Shown here: piece after piece, positions 27,324 through 36,800 of the stretch
How the letters are laid out: every line of letters begins with the position of its first letter
Position numbering within the stretch: position 1 is the stretch's first letter
Assembly (NCBI GenBank): GCA_046725795.1
Contig: JBKOZI010000104.1
Coordinates: 1-36,800, forward strand
Reading direction: 5' to 3'
DNA: 36,800 bases
Source of the DNA: Actinomycetota bacterium
Lineage (GTDB): Bacteria; Actinomycetota; Thermoleophilia; Solirubrobacterales; JBBDJG01
Translations under genes and position numbers: made by a program
Notes under the pieces: generated by a model
The model's database searches: none
What the model saw: the letters and a program-made list of their open reading frames with translations, nothing else
Told to the model about the DNA's origin: nothing

Positions 27324-27436
27324 GTGGTCAACTGCAGATTCGTCGAGCCTCTCAGAACTTGGTTGCAGTTGACCCCGTCATAGGTGGTCAAGTGCAACCT
27401 CGTCGCTGATGCACGGCCGCGTCTGCAGTTTGCCCC
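27324..27436. repeat. Palindromic doublet with exact 60-nt period (REP/REPIN-like)
   Basis: gtggtcaactgcagattcgtcg (27324) vs gtggtcaagtgcaacctcgtcg (27384). Perfect IR ggtcaactgca(27326-36)/tgcagttgacc(27364-74). Confidence 0.75.
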
Positions 27437-27471
27437 CCTGCCTGCCCGAATCTCGACCGTGTTCTAGGGCC

Positions 27472-28317
27472 TCAGTGCCCTTCGGGGGCCTCCCACAGAT
27501 ATCCGGTCAGCCGTCGCAGGGAACGCAGGCGCCACTGCTCGGCAAGGCGGAAGAGCTCCGCGGCCGCACGCGGTCCCGGGAGCTCGCACACGACCTCGAC
27601 CTCGCGTGTCGTCACGCGCCCGAACCGCGCGACGAGGTCCTCGACGCCCGGGGGCCCGGCGCCGGTCGGGGTCGCACCCGCCTCGAGCGCGGCGGTGCGG
27701 TAGGCGTCGTCGGCCTGAAAGCCCGCGACCTCCCGTTCGAGCCCGTCCTCGCCCCGAAAAACGACTGTCGGGAGCGGCGCCCCGCCTGCTCCGTGCGAGC
27801 CGCGAACGCTGGCCTCGTAGCGCTTGCCGAGCGCCTCGGTCCGTTCCAGGTCGGCGGCGAACTCTTCGGTGATCGCATGAGAGCGCAGGCTGAGCCGAAA
27901 GCGCCCGGCGTCGAGGCCCGCGGCGCGGCTCTCCTCGACGAGTGCCTCGACGTTGTCGATCTTGCGGCGCTCGCACATGAGCGCCTCGCGCAGGCGCCGC
28001 AGATACCGGTACCCGCGATCGTCTGCCTGCTCGACGGCCGCTTTGACCGCCATGCATGCCGGGTATGTAGATTCAATCGGTCCATCCACCCACACCAGCG
28101 GATCGAGCGGTGCTTGTGTCTCTTCGCTCACGCGTAGCCACTCCTCGATCATGCCGGCGCGCGCCGCCGGTTCTCGTGCGAGGCTTCGCCCGAGGCCGCC
28201 CATGACGAAGGTCCAATCGAGTCCGCTCCCGAACTCCACCATCAGCTTGCGTACCGTGGGCTCGAGCGCCCACGACCAGGGGCAGGCCGGGTCGGTGTAA
28301 TACATAACCTTGGGCAT
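27472..28317 (-). CDS. DsbA-family thioredoxin-fold protein, YjbH/SpxH-like
   Basis: YYTDPACPWSWALEP, FVMGGL, STYPACMAVKAA..Q, YLRRLREA, PLPTVVF, C-terminal winged-helix-like segment. Confidence 0.85.
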   Translation of the reverse strand: MPKVMYYTDPACPWSWALEPTVRKLMVEFGSGLDWTFVMGGLGRSLAREPAARAGMIEEWLRVSEETQAPLDPLVWVDGPIESTYPACMAVKAAVEQADDRGYRYLRRLREALMCERRKIDNVEALVEESRAAGLDAGRFRLSLRSHAITEEFAADLERTEALGKRYEASVRGSHGAGGAPLPTVVFRGEDGLEREVAGFQADDAYRTAALEAGATPTGAGPPGVEDLVARFGRVTTREVEVVCELPGPRAAAELFRLAEQWRLRSLRRLTGYLWEAPEGH

Positions 28318-28346
28318 GGCGGCGAAAAGTACTGGCTAGGGACGCA

Positions 28347-29831
<1,485 letters not shown>

Positions 29832-29844
29832 CCGGGAGGACCCG

Positions 29845-31659
29845 TTGCTGATCGAGGACTACGCCCTCATCAGCGATCTCCAGACCGCCGCCCTGGTGGG
29901 GCGCAACGGCTCGATCGACTGGCTCTGCTTTCCGCGGTTCGATTCCGGCGCATGCTTCGCGGCGCTGCTCGGTGAGGAAACTCACGGCCGCTGGCTGCTC
30001 GCGCCGGCCGGCACCGTCAAGCGCACCTCGCGTCGCTACCGCATGGACACGCTCGTGCTCGAAACGGAGTACGAGACCGAGGACGGCACCGTGCGAGTCG
30101 TCGACTTCATGCCGCCTCGGGGGCGCTACCCGGATGTGGTGCGGATCGTCGAGGGCATGAGCGGGCGGGTCCCGATGCGGATGCAGCTCGTGATTCGCTT
30201 CGACTACGGGTCGATCGTCCCCTGGGTTCGCAAAAAGGGCAACAACCTGACGGCGATCGGCGGCCCCGACGCGCTGATCCTGCGAACGCCGGTGCCGACA
30301 AAGGGAAGGGACTTCACGACCGTCGCGGAGTTCGAGATCGGTGCCGGCGACTTGATTCCGTTCGCGCTCACCTGGCACGCGTCGAACGACCCGCCGCCGG
30401 ACGCCGTCGACCCGGCTGCGGCGCTCCGCGACACGATCAGCTATTGGACCGAATGGACCGGGCGCTCCACCTATACGGGCGGATGGCGGGACGCTGTGAT
30501 GACCTCTCTGATGGTGCTGAAGGCACTCACCCACGCGCCCACTGGAGGGATTCTCGCGGCCCCTACCACCTCGCTGCCGGAGGAGATCGGCGGCGTGCGC
30601 AACTGGGACTATCGCTACTGCTGGCTGCGCGATGCGACGTTCAGCCTCTACTCACTCATGCAGGCCGGTTACAAGGAGGAGGCGGTCGCGTGGCGCGACT
30701 GGCTCCTGCGTGCGGTCGCGGGCGACCCCTCGCAACTGAGCATCATGTACGGGCCGGCCGGAGAGCGGCGGCTTTCCGAGCTGGAGCTGGGCTGGCTGCC
30801 CGGATACGAGGGCTCCAGCCCTGTCCGGATCGGCAACGCGGCCTCCCAGCAACGCCAGCTCGACGTCTACGGCGAGGTGATGGACTCGCTCTGGGTCGCC
30901 CGGCGGGTCGGCATCCCTCCCGACAGGGCCGCGTGGAACGTCGGGGTCAAGCTGCTCGAGTTTCTCGAGTCGGCATGGCGCGAGCCTGACCAGGGGATCT
31001 GGGAGACCCGGGGGCCGGCGCGGCACTTCACCTACTCGAAGGTGATGGCATGGGTCGCGTTCGATCGTGCCGTCAAGACGATCGAACTGGGGGATCGGCT
31101 CGGCTCGGCGGACCGCTGGAAGCGCCTTCGGGACGAGGTTCGCAGGGAGGTCCTGGAAAAGGGTTTCGACGCGGAGCGCGGCACCTTCGTTCAAGCCTTC
31201 GGATCGAGGGAGCTCGACGCAAGCCTCCTCATGATCCCGCTGATCGGCTTCCTGCCGGCCACGGACGAGCGGATGGTGGGAACGATCGAAGCGATCCAGC
31301 GCGAGCTCGGCCGGGACGGATTCGTGCTCCGGTACGCAACAGGAACTCCCGCAGCCCCTTCGGCCGCGGTCGACGGGCTCCCGCCGGGTGAGGCAGCGTT
31401 TCTGCCGTGCACGTTCTGGCTCGCCGACAACCTCTCGCTGCTCGGACGGGATACGGAGGCGCGGGCAACCTTCGAGCGACTGCTCGAGCTTCGAAACGAC
31501 CTCGGCCTGCTTTCAGAGGAATACGACGTCGCGGCAGGGCGTTTGGTCGGGAATTACCCGCAGGCGTTCACGCATGTCGCGCTCGTGAACACCGCGCGCA
31601 ACCTCTCGCCGGGCCTCGGACCGGCCCTGCACCGCGGCGCGGCGCAGCTCGATCAGTAA
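29845..31659 (+). CDS. Glycoside hydrolase family 15 (trehalase/glucoamylase-like)
   Basis: IEDYALISD, GSIDWLCFPRFDS, RNWDYRYCWLRD, QLDVYGE, GIWE, LGLLSEEYD, GNYPQAFTH. gggagg upstream of the TTG. Confidence 0.95.
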   Translation: MLIEDYALISDLQTAALVGRNGSIDWLCFPRFDSGACFAALLGEETHGRWLLAPAGTVKRTSRRYRMDTLVLETEYETEDGTVRVVDFMPPRGRYPDVVRIVEGMSGRVPMRMQLVIRFDYGSIVPWVRKKGNNLTAIGGPDALILRTPVPTKGRDFTTVAEFEIGAGDLIPFALTWHASNDPPPDAVDPAAALRDTISYWTEWTGRSTYTGGWRDAVMTSLMVLKALTHAPTGGILAAPTTSLPEEIGGVRNWDYRYCWLRDATFSLYSLMQAGYKEEAVAWRDWLLRAVAGDPSQLSIMYGPAGERRLSELELGWLPGYEGSSPVRIGNAASQQRQLDVYGEVMDSLWVARRVGIPPDRAAWNVGVKLLEFLESAWREPDQGIWETRGPARHFTYSKVMAWVAFDRAVKTIELGDRLGSADRWKRLRDEVRREVLEKGFDAERGTFVQAFGSRELDASLLMIPLIGFLPATDERMVGTIEAIQRELGRDGFVLRYATGTPAAPSAAVDGLPPGEAAFLPCTFWLADNLSLLGRDTEARATFERLLELRNDLGLLSEEYDVAAGRLVGNYPQAFTHVALVNTARNLSPGLGPALHRGAAQLDQ

Positions 31660-32666
31660 CGAAAGCCGCGGTCGCGCTCGAAGCGATCGAGCGCGAAGCC
31701 GACGAGGCGATCGAGCAGGTCGGCGTAGGGAACCCCGGAGGCCTCGAACAGCCGGGCGAACACGCTCGTGGACGTGAACCCGGGGATCGTGTTCAGCTCG
31801 TTCAGCAGCACCTGTCCCTCGGCGGTCACGAAGAAGTCCACGCGCGCAAGCCCTTCGCAACCGCTTCGTGTGAACGCCTCGCCCGCAATCCGGCGCACCC
31901 GTTCGCGCTGCGCCACCGAGATCGGCGCCGGCACGACCAGCTCCATCCCGCCCTCCGTGTACTTGGCGTCGTAGTCGTACCACTCTGCGCCGGTGGTCAG
32001 GACTTCCCCCGGTTCGGACACCGTCGGCTCGTCGTTTCCGATCACGGAGCACTCGACCTCCTTTCCGACCGCCGCCGCCTCGACGAGGCAGACGGGATCG
32101 TGCTGGAGCGCCGCCTCGATCGCCCCGGGAAGCTCCGCTTCCGCGCTCACCTTCGAGATCCCGACACTCGAGCCGAGCCGCGCGGGCTTCACGAAGCTCG
32201 GAAGGCCGAGCGCGAGCGTGCGGTCGAGCACCGGCTCTGGAGCGTGCTGCCAGTCGGCGCTCGAAACCACTTCGTAGCGCACCTGTGGCATGCCCGCCTG
32301 TGCCATCAGCCGCTTGAACGCGGCCTTGTCGATGCAGAGAGCGGAAGCGAGCACGCCCGCGCCGACGTAGGGCACGTCGAGACACTCGAGCAGACCCTGG
32401 ATCGTGCCGTCTTCGCCGAACGGCCCGTGCAGGACGGGGAAGACCACATCGGCGTCCAGCAGGCCCTCTCCCGGTGTGAACCCCAGCGGCTCACCGACCG
32501 CGCCGTTCTTTCGCGGATCGCTCACGCGCCAGCGCCCCTCGCCGTCGATCACGACGGGGACCGTCTCGTGTCCAGCCTCCTCGAGCCCCGTCAGAACGGA
32601 CTTGGCCGACTGGAGCGAGACCGTGTGCTCGCTCGAGCGGCCGCCGGCCAGCACGACGACCCTCAT
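31653..32666 (-). CDS. ddl: D-alanine--D-alanine ligase
   Basis: GGRSSEHTVS, PVLHGPFGEDG, DK, VKPARLGSSVG, WYDYDAKY, ARVDFF, NELNTIPGFT. Confidence 0.96.
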   Translation of the reverse strand: MRVVVLAGGRSSEHTVSLQSAKSVLTGLEEAGHETVPVVIDGEGRWRVSDPRKNGAVGEPLGFTPGEGLLDADVVFPVLHGPFGEDGTIQGLLECLDVPYVGAGVLASALCIDKAAFKRLMAQAGMPQVRYEVVSSADWQHAPEPVLDRTLALGLPSFVKPARLGSSVGISKVSAEAELPGAIEAALQHDPVCLVEAAAVGKEVECSVIGNDEPTVSEPGEVLTTGAEWYDYDAKYTEGGMELVVPAPISVAQRERVRRIAGEAFTRSGCEGLARVDFFVTAEGQVLLNELNTIPGFTSTSVFARLFEASGVPYADLLDRLVGFALDRFERDRGFRY

Positions 32667-32671
32667 GGACG

Positions 32672-34618
32672 TCAGGGAACCACTCCGGGCGCGGGCGTGG
32701 TGGTGGTGAGCTCGCCGACCGTGAGCGCCACCGTCGACCCCTCGCGGCGCTCCACGCCGCCGCGAGGCGACTGGGAGAGGACCGTTCCGTCTTCCTCGGG
32801 CAGATCGGTCGGCCGGGTTCTGACCGACGGCGCGAATCCGGCATCCCGGACCTGAGACTCGGCGTCAGCCTGACTCAGGCCGGTCACGTCGGGAACCTCC
32901 TTGACCTTCCCGTTCGACACGAAGATCGTGACGGTCGAGCCCTGGTCGATCTGCTGGCCGCCCACGGGCGTCTGGCTCACGACCGTCCCGGCCGGCTCGC
33001 TCGAGGCCTTCTCGCGCACGATCGCGGTCAGACCCTTCTCACGCAGCGCCGCAACGGCCTCCTGCTCGTCCTGGCCCGTCACATCGGGGACCTCGACCAG
33101 CTCGGGTCCGCTGCTGACCACGAGCGTCACGGTCGACCGCCGGTCGACCGGGCGGCCGCTGCTTGGATCGGACCGGATCACGATCCCGGCGGGAACCTTG
33201 ACCGAGCTCTCGCGTTCCGACTGCGGCCGCAGACCGGCCGCGCGCACGCGTCGCTTGGCGTCTGCCTCGGTGAGACCTACGACGTCGGGCACCTTCACGG
33301 TGCCCGGGCCATTGGACACGAACACGGCCACCGTGGAGCCGTCGTCGACCTTCCTGCCGGCGTTCGGCGCCTGATCGAACACGATGTCACGCGGGGCCCG
33401 ATCCGCCCTTCGCCGGATGTCGATCTGCAAGCCGGCGCGCTCGATCTCGGCACGGGCACTGTCCAGCGTCTGCCCGACGACGATCGGGACGCTGACCTGA
33501 TTGGGCGAGCGCAGCGCGAAGAGGGCGATCAGCCCGAGCGCCAGCAGCGCGAGCGCTGCGACGGGCCAGACCCAGCGGTAGCGTCGACGGCGCCTGTCTC
33601 CGGGCGGCTCTCCGGGCGGGGGTGGCGGCAGCACGTCGATAACCTCGGCTTCGACCGGCGGCGACCCGTCGATCGTTGCCGGGGGAACGACAGCGGTCGG
33701 AACCGATACCGGGGGGGCCCCGGCCGGGGGCGCCCCGGCGGCGACGGGTGCGAAGACCGCGGTGCTCTCCATGTCCGCCGGTCCCCGCCCGAGGCGCGAT
33801 TCGACGGCATCGAGGTCGCGCAGGAACGACTCGGCGTCGGGATACCGATCCTGCGTGTCCTTGGCGAGCGCCTTCAACACGACGGCGTCGAGATTTCCCG
33901 GGATCGTGGGGACCAGCTCGCGGGGGGAAAGCGGGGTTTGGTTCACGTGCTTCAGCGCGATCGCGACCGCGCTCTCGCCCTCGAACGGGGCCTTCCCCGT
34001 CAGCAGCTCGTAGAGCACGACTCCCACGGAGTACAAGTCGGACGCCTGGGTCACGGGCCGGCCCTGTGCCTGCTCCGGCGAGAGGTACTGCGCCGTGCCC
34101 ATGATCGCCCCGGCCTGTGTGATGTCAGAGGCGCCGGCGCGCGCGATGCCGAAGTCGGCGACCTTGACGTTGTCCTCGGCGTCGAGGATCACGTTGTGGG
34201 GCTTGAGGTCCCGGTGGATGACGTTCCGCCGGTGTGCGAAGCGGGCAGCGAGCAGGATCTGCTTCGTGATCGCAATCGCGCGGCGGATGTCGAGCGGGGC
34301 CTCCGACCGGATCACGTCCTTGAGCGAGCGGCCCTCGCAGTACTCCATCGCGATGTAGTAGGTGTCCTCGAACTCCCCGCGGTCGTACACGCCGACGACG
34401 TTCGGGTGCTGAAGCCCTGCAGCCGACGAGGCTTCGCGGCGAAAGCGCTCGACGAACTCCGTGTCCTGGGCAAACCGCCGGTGCAGCAGCTTCATCGCGA
34501 TGCGGCGGCCGAGGTGCGTGTCCTCCGCGCAGTAGACGTCGGCCATCCCGCCCGAGCCGATCTTGTGAAGGACGCGATAGCGCCCGTCGATCACGGTGTT
34601 CTGCGGGACCTCGCTCAT
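32672..34618 (-). CDS. pknB: PASTA-domain Ser/Thr kinase PknB/Stk1 (4 PASTA repeats)
   Basis: GSGGMADVY, HRDLKPHN, DFGIAR, GTAQYLSPEQ; Pro-rich linker; TM; four VP(D/I)V(V/T)G PASTA starts. Confidence 0.96.
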   Translation of the reverse strand: MSEVPQNTVIDGRYRVLHKIGSGGMADVYCAEDTHLGRRIAMKLLHRRFAQDTEFVERFRREASSAAGLQHPNVVGVYDRGEFEDTYYIAMEYCEGRSLKDVIRSEAPLDIRRAIAITKQILLAARFAHRRNVIHRDLKPHNVILDAEDNVKVADFGIARAGASDITQAGAIMGTAQYLSPEQAQGRPVTQASDLYSVGVVLYELLTGKAPFEGESAVAIALKHVNQTPLSPRELVPTIPGNLDAVVLKALAKDTQDRYPDAESFLRDLDAVESRLGRGPADMESTAVFAPVAAGAPPAGAPPVSVPTAVVPPATIDGSPPVEAEVIDVLPPPPPGEPPGDRRRRRYRWVWPVAALALLALGLIALFALRSPNQVSVPIVVGQTLDSARAEIERAGLQIDIRRRADRAPRDIVFDQAPNAGRKVDDGSTVAVFVSNGPGTVKVPDVVGLTEADAKRRVRAAGLRPQSERESSVKVPAGIVIRSDPSSGRPVDRRSTVTLVVSSGPELVEVPDVTGQDEQEAVAALREKGLTAIVREKASSEPAGTVVSQTPVGGQQIDQGSTVTIFVSNGKVKEVPDVTGLSQADAESQVRDAGFAPSVRTRPTDLPEEDGTVLSQSPRGGVERREGSTVALTVGELTTTTPAPGVVP

Positions 34619-36042
34619 CCGCCCCCCAACAGGGTCTGCATGACCTGCTTGGCGATCGGCGCTGCAATGGTGCCGCCCTGTCCCGTCGTCTGCTCGACCG
34701 TGGCCGCGATCGCCACGCGCGGTGCGTCTGCCGGTGCGAACGCGATGAACCAGGCCTGGTTCGCATTGCCCTTCTCCGCCGTTCCGGTCTTGCCCGCCAC
34801 GTCGATTCCCTGGAGCGCGGCAGCCGTACCGGTGCCCTCCTTCACGACCTGGCTCATCATGCCGGCGAGCGCGGTCGCCGTCGCCTCGCTCATCACCTCG
34901 CTCTCCTCGCTCGGCTTGATCCTACGAATCGTTCGCCCGTCCGCGTCGGTCACCTTCTCGACGAGATGAGGCCGCATCAGGCGCCCGCCGTTGGCGATCG
35001 CGGCGGCCACCATCGCCATCTGCAGCGGCGTCACCTGCAGCCGCTCCTGCCCGATCGCGACGCGCCCGATGTCGATCGCGTCGGAAGCGTCCAGCAACTT
35101 GCCGCCGCGTGAATAGACGCCACTGGCGCGGAGCTCGTCCCCGGGCAGGTCGACCGGCGGGCGGCGGTCGAACCCGAAGCGCCTCATGTAGCGGTACATC
35201 ACGGACTTCCCGAGCTTTTCACCGACCTCTGCCCACACCGTGTTGACCGAGTGGGTGAGCGCCGTCGTCAGCGGAATCGCGCCGAACTGCTCGTTGCCGA
35301 AGTTCGAGAGCGGCACGCCACCGATCTCCTTTGGGGACTTCCCGTCCACGACGGAGTTGGGAGTGAACCTCCCGCTGTCGATCGCGGCCGTCGCGGTCAC
35401 GACCTTGAAGGTCGATCCGGGCGGATAGCCGCTCTGGGCCGCGCGATTCAGCAAGGGGGCATCCGGGATGCGGACAAGGCGGGCGAAGTTGTCGGGGACC
35501 GAGTTCAGGTCGAAGCCCGGCACGCTCGCCATCACGCGCACGAGACCCGTCTGCGGCTCGATCGCGACCACCGATCCGGCTCGCCCGGCGAGCCCGGCGA
35601 GCGCCGCTCGCTGCCCGCCTGGATCGAGCGCGGTGACGATGTCATTGCCCTCGCGCTGCTTGCCGCGGAGCTCGTCCAGAATCGTCTCGAACTCATCGGC
35701 CTTGCCGGTGAGGTCATCGTCGTACTTGCGCTCCAGCCCCGAGTTTCCGCGTTCCACGAAGTTGTAACCCACGGTGTGAGGGAACAGCGATCCATCCGGG
35801 TACAGGCGGCTGTAGAAGCGATTCGAGCCGCGTCCGGACGCCTTGTTGCGCGCCAGAATCGTGCCGTCACGGGCGGCGATCAGCCCGCGACGAATCCGCT
35901 GTTGCTCGAGGAGGGGGCGCTTGTTCGCGCGGTTTGCCTCGAGCGAGTTCGCGTCGAACACCGCCCAGTACGACGTGAAGCCGACGAGCAGCGCAAACAG
36001 CAGCACGACCAGCCCGAAGAGGTTGGTGATACGGGTGTTCAT
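34615..36042 (-). CDS. pbpA: Class B penicillin-binding protein PbpA (transpeptidase)
   Basis: N-terminal TM; STFK (SxxK), SVN (SxN), KTG motifs. ATGA coupling to rodA and pknB. Confidence 0.94.
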   Translation of the reverse strand: MNTRITNLFGLVVLLFALLVGFTSYWAVFDANSLEANRANKRPLLEQQRIRRGLIAARDGTILARNKASGRGSNRFYSRLYPDGSLFPHTVGYNFVERGNSGLERKYDDDLTGKADEFETILDELRGKQREGNDIVTALDPGGQRAALAGLAGRAGSVVAIEPQTGLVRVMASVPGFDLNSVPDNFARLVRIPDAPLLNRAAQSGYPPGSTFKVVTATAAIDSGRFTPNSVVDGKSPKEIGGVPLSNFGNEQFGAIPLTTALTHSVNTVWAEVGEKLGKSVMYRYMRRFGFDRRPPVDLPGDELRASGVYSRGGKLLDASDAIDIGRVAIGQERLQVTPLQMAMVAAAIANGGRLMRPHLVEKVTDADGRTIRRIKPSEESEVMSEATATALAGMMSQVVKEGTGTAAALQGIDVAGKTGTAEKGNANQAWFIAFAPADAPRVAIAATVEQTTGQGGTIAAPIAKQVMQTLLGGG

Positions 36043-36800
36043 CTGGTCACCACCGGGCTGTGGAGCGCGGCCCGCGGCTCACGCGCCTCCTGGGAGACCA
36101 TGAGCAGCAGGGCGAGCAGGACGAAGTTGGCCACGATCGAGCTGCCGCCGTAGCTCACGAATGGGAGCGTGACTCCGGTCAGCGGGATCACCCGCGTGAC
36201 GCCGCCGACGATCACGAACGCCTGCAGCGCAAAGACGGCGGTGAGGCCGGCGGCGAGCAGCTTCAGGAAGCCGTCGTCGGCCATCACCGCGACCCGGAAG
36301 CCCCGCTCCGCGAACAGGAGGTAGGTGAGCACGATCGCGGCGGCGCCGAAAAGGCCGAGCTCATTCGTGATCACGGCGTAGATCAGGTCGGTGTCGGGCG
36401 CCGGCGGGATTTGCGCGCCGCCGGGAAGATTCAGCAACGCCTGTCCGAGCCCCTTCCCGAAGAGGCCTCCGTCTGCCTGCGCGAACAGGGACTGGGCGAT
36501 CTGAAAGCCGGACTTGCCCGGATCCTGCCAGGGATCGAGCCAGATGTCGATGCGCTCCTGTACGTGCGGCACCGTTTGCGCGAAGAACCAGGAGCCGACC
36601 ACGAACATCGCCAGCCCGGCGATCACGAACGAGATCCGGCCGGTGGCCACATAGAGCAGGGCCAGGAAGGCGCCGAAGAACATGAGCGAGCTGCCGAGGT
36701 CGCGGATCACGATCAGCATCAACATCGCCGCTCCCCAGACGACGAGCAACGGCCCGAAATGCTTGAGCGGTGGGAGAGTCATCCCCAGGAAGCGGCGGGC
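36039..36800 (-). CDS. rodA: FtsW/RodA/SpoVE SEDS family peptidoglycan polymerase (5' part beyond window)
   Basis: RDLGSS, RIDIWLDPW, GFQIAQSL, TDLIYAVITNELG, PLTGVTLPFVSYGGSS. Frame is open to the window edge. Confidence 0.94.
   Translation of the reverse strand, partial: ARRFLGMTLPPLKHFGPLLVVWGAAMLMLIVIRDLGSSLMFFGAFLALLYVATGRISFVIAGLAMFVVGSWFFAQTVPHVQERIDIWLDPWQDPGKSGFQIAQSLFAQADGGLFGKGLGQALLNLPGGAQIPPAPDTDLIYAVITNELGLFGAAAIVLTYLLFAERGFRVAVMADDGFLKLLAAGLTAVFALQAFVIVGGVTRVIPLTGVTLPFVSYGGSSIVANFVLLALLLMVSQEAREPRAALHSPVVTR

Noticed and set aside
27044-27409. Small ORFs in the purM-dsbA gap (27044..27397-, 27088..27309-, 27164..27409+)
   Set aside because: No motifs or convincing RBS; extensive base-pairing and repeats explain the region better.
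27031-27470. tmRNA, RNase P RNA, SRP RNA or cobalamin/lysine/glycine riboswitch in the purM-dsbA gap
   Set aside because: No tRNA-like ends, no GAGGAAAGTCC, no GGAAGCAGC helix-8 motif. Partial words (ccggtgcaa, aaagg..gccgaa) lack the rest of the consensus.
31653-32666. Vancomycin-resistance ligase (VanA/B-type)
   Set aside because: Omega loop is YDYDAKY, and there are no vanH/vanX/vanRS neighbours; housekeeping context.
33590-33745. G/C runs and short repeats in pknB as a contingency locus
   Set aside because: They encode the ordinary Pro/Ala-rich juxtamembrane linker (GAPPAGAPP, PPPPP) and the frame is intact.

Overview
Very GC-rich (roughly 70% by eye), densely coding actinobacterial chromosome segment. 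Gene content and the rodA-pbpA-pknB-ddl order suggest a deep-branching lineage such as Thermoleophilia/Solirubrobacterales (inference). About 1-25.9 kb is a large cell-envelope glycan region. It holds a priming phosphoglycosyl transferase, GT2/GT4/GT-C glycosyltransferases, an O-antigen ligase/polymerase-like protein, a CapD/PglF dehydratase, a DegT aminotransferase, a methyltransferase and DedA+UppP. It also holds a tightly coupled operon (14.3-21.5 kb) with an archaeal-type sn-glycerol-1-phosphate dehydrogenase, a cytidylyltransferase, three CDP-alcohol phosphotransferase-fold proteins, a GT2 and a TagGH/Wzm-Wzt ABC exporter. The right part carries purM, a YjbH-like DsbA protein, a Ser/Thr kinase, a GH15 hydrolase, ddl, pknB, pbpA and partial rodA. 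Three non-coding signals stand out. (i) Two 166-nt hairpin elements (21501-21666, 23124-23289) share length, termini and internal-loop motifs, while their stems differ in sequence but still pair. Both sit at the TA of TAG stop codons and together bracket a GT-C gene. (ii) A ~245-nt multi-stem, possibly pseudoknotted RNA candidate lies at 27036-27280 on the - strand. (iii) A 60-nt-period palindromic doublet lies next to it. No tRNA, rRNA, CRISPR array or transposase was recognised. All family assignments come from motif recognition by eye, not database searches.
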